From Candidatus Zhuqueibacterota bacterium (GTDB taxonomy: Bacteria; Zhuqueibacterota; Zhuqueibacteria; Thermofontimicrobiales; Thiofontviventaceae), in contig JAZBPW010000150.1 of assembly GCA_036351795.1 (NCBI GenBank), positions 1,842 to 65,841 of the forward strand: a stretch of DNA of 64,000 bases, given 5' to 3'. A program made the translations under genes and the position numbers. Shown here one piece after another: positions 8,683 through 17,500 of the stretch; within the stretch, counting starts at the first letter, position 1; every line of letters begins with the position of its first letter. Under the pieces are notes generated by a model. It was not told the DNA's origin and made no database searches. It saw nothing but the letters and a program-made list of their open reading frames with translations.

Positions 8683-11010
8683 CTATTCCTCGATAATGAA
8701 TAATTTCCCCGACAGTAAATCAGATACCCATAATTTACCGTTCTGGTCAACTCGCAGCCTGGTGATCACTGGTATGGCGTCACCGTACTGTCCGTTCAGA
8801 AAAAAAGATGCATTTTGTGCATCAAATCTTGTATCGCCGTAAGGATATTTCTCCTGATGCAGCAGGGTGAACGATTTATCCAGCGGATCGAACTGCGCGA
8901 TGAACAAGGCGCCGACATTGTGCGCAGTCAATACGATACGTCCGCCCCACTGGGTCACATTGTCGGGCAGCCAGTTTCCTGGCAGTGAATAATCCTGCAC
9001 TGGTGTTGATATTTTTTGCAATCTTTTTCCTGCGTGAGCCAAGCAGTAGAGATCTCCCTCCAATAGGCACAGTCTGAGAGGCTGAGTGCCGGTCTCTATT
9101 TCGCCAACAGTGTCGTCATGTCTATGAATCACCGAAACCGTATTGGATTTGAAATTGGAGACATATATGCGTGAATTGTCGAATACCAGGTCAGTGGGGC
9201 ACAGGCCGACGGTCACCTTTCGGAGGATATCATGAGATTCCGTGTCAATGATATGAAGTACACCGTGATCATCGCTCCTTTCACCGGTTCGGACGAGGAA
9301 TAGTTGCCCTGCCTGCGCATCATGTCTCAGGATCCGCTGCGTGGTCTCGCGCTGGACAGTATCTCCGGTCACGATACGGTTCCCGATATCGAACAACCGA
9401 ACCTCATCAGTCAACCGGCCCAGAAATTGAGGTTCTTTCCCCCAGTTGTTCTGTGTGAAGTAAAGGGCATCATCCTCTTCAGTTGCTATCTGAAGCGCCT
9501 GCCTGGGGATCCTTCGGTTATAATAGCTGAGATCGTTGCTGTCTATGGTCAAAATCCCGTTCTTTGCTCCCCAGATATAGACTGTCGGCCAGTACGACTG
9601 ATGCGGACCATAAGAGAGATAGACATTGCCACTGCTGTTCATCCCGGCACAGATCGGATAATCGTAAGGCAAGTCATGCATCTTGTAGTTTCCGTCATAT
9701 GTGACCTCAGAGAACTGGTTCTCACTGCTGAATACGAAGAAACTCCGCCTCGCAGGAGACTCAATGATATCGATTGGCGCCCAGCCCGTATATATGCGTT
9801 TGAGTTCTTCGGTTTCAGGTTCAAGTGCATGGACAGCAGCTCCGAAATTACCATTCACAGCTGTGGCGCCTCGCGGGATGTATATGAGATTATTCACAGG
9901 ATTAAAAGCGATATTGAACATGTGCGGCAGAATACCAAGGCCGGTGATACGCTTGACAAGTGACCGTGATTTCAGATCGACCACGTCGATTTCACCCTGA
10001 GCCCAGCTGGCGATGTAAAGCAGATCTTTATTTGCATCTATTGCAGTCGCGTCATTGCCGAATGTCGGAAGTAGCACCTCTTCTACATGTCCTCTACCCT
10101 TGAAATCAATGACATGAACGGACGCCGCGTTGTCATAGGGAACATAAATCTCTTCCCTTTTCGAATGATAATTGATTCCCACTCCTTCTCTGAGCCCGGG
10201 AAGACCGACAATTGTATCATTGGATTTTCGTATATCAATTTTCGCTGCCTGCACGACATTTCGGCTATTCGTTTCGATGGCAAGGTAAAGAAAGTGGCGT
10301 TGTTGATCGTAGCCCGCAAGATGCCAGCGACCACCGCGCCTGAGCTTCAACTCCCTCACCCTCTCCAGAGTATGGTCTGGTACCTTGAAGATATACAGTT
10401 GTGATGTAAATCCATCCAGTGCGATAAGTCTGTTCAGTTGATTATCGAAAAAGACTTTCCGCAGGGGCGGCGGCGTTGTCTGATTGATATTGATCAGGGG
10501 CTCCGCATGTTTCACCCATTTCAGCATTTTCAATTCTTGAGAACGCGTATTGTAGAAGCCGATTTCAGGAATCTCTCTGCCCACCAGATAAACATGTCCG
10601 CGGTTTTCATCGAAGCACACGGATTCGAACTGACGATCTGTTTTGCACATCTGAAAAACGCCCGTCTCTATTGAAGCCACATAGAAACAATTTGGGCCAA
10701 CAAGACAGACATCCCCGGTTTTCGAATTGATCGCCATCGACTCGATCTTCAAATGCTGTAATGCTCTTCCACCCACAGGGAAATTCTTAACACTGTTATT
10801 CTCGCATTCAATCACTGTCAGTGATGAACTCAATGTATTGGCCACAACCAGCCTGTTTCGCTGGTGATCCATATGTACGAACAGCGGACCCGCTGCATTG
10901 AAGGCAAGATCCAATGATTCAAGAAAATCTACGCGTTTTACCGTCACATCGGCGTTCGCAGATCCACTAAAGGAAAGGAGAATGAGCAGGATCAGACTCT
11001 TCATCTTCAT
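8683..11010 (-). CDS. Exported multi-blade beta-propeller repeat protein (YVTN/YncE-like); function unknown
   Basis: Signal peptide MKMKSLILLILLSFSGSANA. ATG at 11010 has GGAG 7 nt upstream; the ORF-track start at 11028 is a TTG. Recurrent '..LYV(S/A)N..SN.VSVI..'-type propeller repeats. Confidence 0.65.
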   Translation of the reverse strand: MKMKSLILLILLSFSGSANADVTVKRVDFLESLDLAFNAAGPLFVHMDHQRNRLVVANTLSSSLTVIECENNSVKNFPVGGRALQHLKIESMAINSKTGDVCLVGPNCFYVASIETGVFQMCKTDRQFESVCFDENRGHVYLVGREIPEIGFYNTRSQELKMLKWVKHAEPLININQTTPPPLRKVFFDNQLNRLIALDGFTSQLYIFKVPDHTLERVRELKLRRGGRWHLAGYDQQRHFLYLAIETNSRNVVQAAKIDIRKSNDTIVGLPGLREGVGINYHSKREEIYVPYDNAASVHVIDFKGRGHVEEVLLPTFGNDATAIDANKDLLYIASWAQGEIDVVDLKSRSLVKRITGLGILPHMFNIAFNPVNNLIYIPRGATAVNGNFGAAVHALEPETEELKRIYTGWAPIDIIESPARRSFFVFSSENQFSEVTYDGNYKMHDLPYDYPICAGMNSSGNVYLSYGPHQSYWPTVYIWGAKNGILTIDSNDLSYYNRRIPRQALQIATEEDDALYFTQNNWGKEPQFLGRLTDEVRLFDIGNRIVTGDTVQRETTQRILRHDAQAGQLFLVRTGERSDDHGVLHIIDTESHDILRKVTVGLCPTDLVFDNSRIYVSNFKSNTVSVIHRHDDTVGEIETGTQPLRLCLLEGDLYCLAHAGKRLQKISTPVQDYSLPGNWLPDNVTQWGGRIVLTAHNVGALFIAQFDPLDKSFTLLHQEKYPYGDTRFDAQNASFFLNGQYGDAIPVITRLRVDQNGKLWVSDLLSGKLFIIEE

Positions 11011-11204
11011 AAATGGCTCCGATCGCAATTTGTCGAATATTCTATTGGTATGCTTCGAAGATACAAAAATATTTCAAGCGATGCAAGATGATAATGTCAC
11101 GACGCCATGCATGGGAGGATGACAAAATGTCGTCTTTGAGATTTTAATCCGCTTTGTACGGGGCGTGCAAAATTTCCGGGGCTTCAGCATATTTTCAGAG
11201 GCTG

Positions 11205-11253
11205 TATATACAAAATAGAGATCCGGGAAGCGTCTCTTCCCCGGATCTCTATT
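11205..11253 (-). terminator. Rho-independent terminator after the giant gene
   Basis: On the minus-strand RNA: AAUAGAGAUCCGGGGAAG-AGACG-CUUCCCGGAUCUCUAUU followed by UUGUAUAU. The stem is near-perfect and GC-rich (one bulged G). It lies 50 nt downstream of the stop at 11304. Confidence 0.75.
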
Positions 11254-11303
11254 CCTGTCCAATCTTGATGACTTCAAACCGTGTGCATAAAAATTGCTTG
11301 AGT

Positions 11304-11570
11304 TTACTTCATCAACATCATCTTCATCGTTTTACGATATTCCCCTGTCTGAATGACGCACACGTATACGCCAGTTGGGACATCATTCCCATACTCATCC
11401 AGGCCATTCCAGTGGATTTGATGGGTTCCGGCGTTTCTCGATTCATTCACCAATGTTACGATTTGCTGTCCCAGCAGGTTGAATATTCGCAAGTCGACCA
11501 TACTCTCTTCCGGAAGATCGAACGTAATAACCGTGGCATTATTGAATGGATTCGGATAGTTCTGCCACAG
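11304..11570 (-). other. T9SS type-A C-terminal sorting domain of the giant protein
   Basis: QNYPNPFN is encoded at 11541-11564. The last ~85 aa end ..GVYVCVIQTGEYRKTMKMMLMK. Confidence 0.75.
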
Positions 11571-14500
11571 CTTGTATTCCTGAGGAATCAGCTGTACCTC
11601 TTCATCCAAAGTACCGCTATTGGCGGCAAACTCACTTGCCACAGTCAGGTCCTTCCTGACCTCGATTCCGGAGATCTTGGGAGCATCCTTCGCATGACTG
11701 AATGCCAGGTCGATGCGGCCATCGCTGATCGTCAAACCCAGTGATCTGGTCGAAAAGGTGAGCGTCATTGCCGCATCATGGCCAGCCTGCGCGAAAATAT
11801 CGAGATCCGATACGATCTTGGTACCTTCGAGTGAGACGGACATGATACGCTTGTTGTCCGCGCTATAATATATCTCCGCCAGATGCAGGGTAATGAAATA
11901 GTCCTGATTGCTGGCGTCGATCTGGTATGTCGTCATTCCCCATCGCTCGGTCTGATATATGGGATCGAGATCAGTATTGGCAATCGGATCGAGGGTCTGA
12001 TAATTATTCCCACCTGTATATCCATATTCGCCGCTGCTGTAGGGTTGATCCGCCTGCCATGCAGCCCCGGTGATATCCGTGAGCGCTGGTCCGCCTGCAT
12101 TTATTCGAAGATCGCCCGAACTCACCTTGACGAACAGCGCCGAGTTTCCGCCATCAGAAAGGATGGTAAGAATATCTGAATACGTTCCTTCCGCCAATCC
12201 CGTCCTGTTGACCATCACATTCACTGTTGCAGATGATCCAGCTGCCAGGGTACCAGATTCCGGCAGTACCGACGAGATCCATGCTGCACGCCCCGTCGCC
12301 GGGATATTCCAGCTCAGCGGAAGATCTCCCGTATTGCTGACATCAAAATAGAGCGTATTGGCGAAATACCCGAATTCGAGACTCGGCGTGGACAGCGTTA
12401 ACTCCGGACCCGGAACTGTTACATTCATTTTCACTTCCACATTCTGATTACCGGCATTTGATGTAAATGGGATCACGCCTGTGTAACTCCCTTCCGATTC
12501 GCCGGATCTGTCTATGGTAACTGTCACATTCTGAGCGACACCGGCCGCCAAAGTACCGCTCGCCGGCTGTACATCCGTGATCCATGCCGTTGTAATCGTC
12601 CCCAGCTGCCAGGTCAATGAAGATCCACCGCTGTTCATCACTGATAATATTCCGGAAGTATTCGCGCTTCCGAGATCCAGGGATACCGGTGTGATCGTGA
12701 GCGCCGGTCCCGCTGGTGTATCAGGAGTAACTTCGATGGCAGATATCTTCGGCAGGTCCTTGCTCGAGCTGAAAGTCAAGTCAATACGTCCATCGGAAAT
12801 GGTCAAGCCAAGTGCTGAGGTGGATAGCGTGACCACATAAGCGGTATTTCTTCCGACCTCTTTGTAGATATCCAGTCCCTGAACGACTGTCGTCCCTTCG
12901 AGATTCACTGACATGACGCGTCTGTTCGTCGCCTTGAAATAGATCTCGGCAAAATGCAGCTTGATCTGATAATCCCCGTTTGGCACATCAAAACGGTATG
13001 CCGTCATCCGATATCGTTCGCTTTGGTAGAGTACATCGTTGGTCGTATTCGCAATCGATGAGGTCGTCGAATATTGATCACCACCGACATAACCAAAGCT
13101 TCCCGCTGTATGCTGTTTATCGGCTGACCACTGTTTACCCGTCGTGCTCGTATACTGTGGCCCGCCACAGTTGATACGCCAACCGAGGCTCGAGCCAACC
13201 TGGAGCTGAACCGGAACAGTCACGTTTCCGCCATTCGAAGTGACGCTCAGACTGCCGTTATATGTGCCATTGGTCATTCCCGTTCTATCCACTGCAACAG
13301 TTACACCGGCGCTCTCTCCTGCGAGCAGGCTACCGCTTGATGGAGTCACTGAACTGACCCACGAAGGTCTGCCGGCTGTCGAAATCTGCCAGTTCAATAT
13401 TTCCTGACCCGTGTTGTTGATCAATAAATTCAGACTGTTGACGGCATCGAGAAACGTGAGTGATGCCGGTGTCACAGACATCTGTGCCGAAGATCCCTGG
13501 ACGGACATACTCAGCTCCACATTCTGGCCACCCGCATTTGAACCTATGTTGAGGACACCGACATACACACCCTCAGCGAGTCCTGCTCTGTTAATGGAAA
13601 CAATCACATCCACAGATTGTCCCGGATTGAGGGCGCCATTCATCGGCTGAACTCCGGATATCCATGCCACGGATATCGTCTGGACTTGCCAGTTCAGCGC
13701 GGACCCGCCCGTGTTTGTTATTTTGAATGTATCATTGAGTGCTGTACTTCCGTAACTCAGCGTCGTTGGATTAATCACCATTTGAGGCCCGGAAGAAGCA
13801 ATGCCCGCCACTTCAATCGCCGAGATTTTGGGCAGATCTTTGTTCGCGCTGAACTCAAGATCGATGCGGCCATCAGTGACTGTTAGCCCCAGATCTTGAG
13901 TATTAAAAGAGAGAACATAGGCGGCATCATGCCCGGCAGCCGAATAGATATCCAATCCTTCAACAATCGGATCTCCCTCCAACTGCACATTGATCTTTCT
14001 TTTTCTGGCTGACTGGTGATAAATTTCTGCAAAGTGCAGCTTGATGCGATAGTCGCCATTTGGCACATTGAAGCGGTACGCAGTCATACCATATCTTTCC
14101 GATTGATACAGTGAATCATCATCCGTGTTCGCGATTGGATCCGCTGTGGCATAGCTATCACCGCCGACATAGCCGTAGAAATTTGAATTGAATGGCTGAT
14201 CGGCCATCCACAGATCTCCTCCCTTATCCACATATGCCGGACCACCGCAATTGACGCGCCAGGCATTTGGATCACCGGCCTTGATACTTAAATTCACATC
14301 GATATTGCCGCCGTCAGACGAGAAATGCAGCACGCCGTTATGTGTACCGGCAGCGAGACCGTTCCTGGTCGCTATGATGGTCACCTGCTGCGTGTTGCCC
14401 GGTGCTGTCACCCCATTTCCCGGTGTAATGGATGCAATCCATGCCGGCCTGTCCAGTGCCAGCACCTCCCATGTAAGCGGGAGATCACCGGTATTGACCA

Positions 14501-17500
14501 ATTCAACAGATAATGATGTCGAAAAATATCCGTAATTCAGGTCCGTTGGTGTCAATGCCATATTCGGAGCCGGCGTATGAACCTCCATCGAAACAGAGAC
14601 ATTCTTGCCACCTGCATTCGAATTGAAAGGTAGTACCGCATTATAGAAACCTTCGCTCAATCCGGCTCTGTTGATGGTCACATAGACATTTTCCGAAGTA
14701 TTAGCCGACAGTGTACCCGATTGCGGAAGAACACTTGTAACCCAGCTCGAACTGAAGCTGCCAAGATTCCATTGCAACTGGCTCTCACCGCTATTTCGCA
14801 CGACCAGCGTCTCCACCACCGCTACACGTCCGAAATCCAGAGAGGCCGGATTAATGGAGAATACAGGTCCCTGCGGCGCCATCTTAGTGACATAGATCGC
14901 GGAGATCTTTGCCTGATCTTTCACATTTACAAATCCGATATCCAGACGCCCATCAACAACCGATACACCAAGATCACGGGTATTGAAATTATATACCAGC
15001 GCGGCATCATGACCCGCCGCATCGAAGATATCCAGGTTTGTGAGCACCGGCGTCCCTTCAAGCGTAACTGACATCAGGCGAGTATTCCTGCTGTTGTGAT
15101 ATATTTCCGCGAAATGCAATTCAACTTCGTAATCTCCGTTAGGCACTGTAAATCTGTAAGAGCTCAAGCCGTAACGTTCACTCTGATAAAGTACGTCATC
15201 ATTTGTGTTACCGATGGGATCGCTGGTGCTGTAAGGATCGCCACCAACGTAACCAAAACTGCCGGCTGTGTAAGCCTGATCGGCGACCCATTGCTGACTG
15301 CTGTTATCCACGTATGCCGGTCCGCCACAATTGATTCGCCATGCCGATGGACCGCCGACATCCATCTCGATCGGGATATTTATATTTCCACCATTCGACG
15401 AGACAGCGAGAATATCGTTGTAACCGCCATCTCCAAGACCACTGCGATCTACAGTAACGGTCACCATTTGCGACTGGCCCGTACCCAGACTTCCGACTTG
15501 TGGTTGAACATTGGTTACCCAGGCAGAGGCCACATTGGAAACCGACCAGTTGAGAGTCCCGCTGCCGCTGTTTCTGACCTCCAGCTGCAACTGGCTATGG
15601 ATATTCTGGAAATCCAGAATTGCCGGTGATACCGAGAGATTCGGTTGTGGTATCTGCGGAGTACCCAGTATTCTCAGTTTGATCCCGTCCTCAGGATAAA
15701 CCAGATAGAATGTGTTTCCGTTCGCGCGAATGACGTGCTTGTTCCTCGATTCCGCGCAATCCCATCCGTCTGACAGCGCCACCGGATCACCCCAGGTCGC
15801 GCCGCCATCCTGTGAAAGCCGGGTTCTCAATTCGCCGTCCTCTGTGACCAGATATGCAGCGACAACGTTTTCACCATCTGCACTGGCTGCGATTGAACCG
15901 ATACCCATCTTGAATTTCCAATCATCGAGCTCACCCTTCCGGGTTACGCGCACATCGCGGACCTTTCCGCCATTCGAGAATCGAAGATATCTCAGGGATG
16001 GCATTTTATCCACTGTCTGATCGATCGCAACGCCGTAACATACATGCGTTCCATTGACATCATCGACAAAAACATCAGGTGATCCGTTCTCACCCGGCCG
16101 GGCGTCGATATTATTATGAAAATCCCCCATATAACCGAGCTGTCCACCGGGTGTGTTCGAACGCCAGTAGTAAATCGGCCCGCCGGATGACGGGTACGAC
16201 AGATCGCCGGCGATCAGATCAAGAAAACCACCGTCAGACACATCGACTTCATAGCGCTCATCTCCACGCGTCTGATCGATATTATCCTGATGATATATCA
16301 CCGCCCCGTTCTGTAGCACATACATATGAACCGGTCCGGTATTCGTTACGACATCTGTAACAGAACTATGGCAGTAGTAGATCCTGTCCGCGGAATCAGC
16401 GGCAAGTCGCACCACATATCCACGCAGTACATTATCTCCGATCTTCAGGGGTGTTGACCACCCTGTAGCCGATTTATAGGTGTAGTACAGGTCATATCTA
16501 TTACTGCTGCGATAGACACGATAGCCGATATGCGGATAATCCTGGCTGTCAACGGCAATCGACGCGCCGAATCGCATCATCCCCTCATCATTCTCCGCGC
16601 CCGGGACATTTTCCTCGAGCACGACATTTCCATACCTGTCGAGTTTGAAATAGGTAACCCCGTTCTTCATCACAAGCAGATGCAGATTCCCCGTACCTTT
16701 ATGGATATCCAGATCGGGTGTATCACCCGAAGATATCTGGATCGGGGAACTCCAGACATCGCTCAATGCATTTCCGATAAAAACAGGCGTACTCGATGTG
16801 GATATTTGTCCCGATGAGTCAACCACAGTCAATGTCGCCGTGTAAACATTATCAGCGGCATACACATGGTTCACCAGTTGACCGGTACCTGTCTGGCCAT
16901 CTCCAAAATTCCAGCTGTAACCGACGATACCGATATCGTCGTATGATGCACTCCCGTCCAGCGTGACGGAAAATCCGGCATCACCATAATAAGGTCCGCC
17001 GGCATCTGCGACCGGAGCTTGATCATTACTGTTACTGAAACTGATGAAACGCAGCTTTATTCCGCTCTCGACCGGATACACGAGATAGAACCGATTCCCT
17101 GTCGCCCGGATCACATGCTTGTCGCGACTTTCCGCACCACCACAATTGGCGGCCAAAAATTCCCGGTCTTCCCACGTTGTTCCGCTGTTCATTGAGAACG
17201 TCGAATATAGGTCGCCACCATCCGTGTGCGTGTACGCGACGGCAACGATCTGGCCGTTCGCCGAGGAGGCGATGGAAGCGATACCCTGATCCTGCTTCCA
17301 GGGGATACAATCGCCCTCGTTTGTCACGGTCACGTCCTTCACCTTGGATCCGTTCTGCCAGCGGCTGTATCGAACCGACGGCTTATTATTGACATCCGTA
17401 TCTTTTGCCGCACCATAACAGATATGAACAATCCCGCTGGCGTCTGTGAACACATCGGGACAACCATTTCTGTCGATTGCAGCGCCGTCATGAATATCTC

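Noticed and set aside
10621-10630. GGATTCGAAC (reverse complement GTTCGAATCC), resembling a tRNA T-arm/T-loop
   Set aside because: I found no complementary acceptor, D or anticodon stems around it. It lies inside the well-supported beta-propeller ORF.
11658-15650. Regularly spaced repeats that could be mistaken for a CRISPR-like or satellite array
   Set aside because: The period is 1080 nt. The repeats are in-frame, protein-coding (Ig-Ig-malectin) and diverged. There are no short direct repeats with unique spacers.
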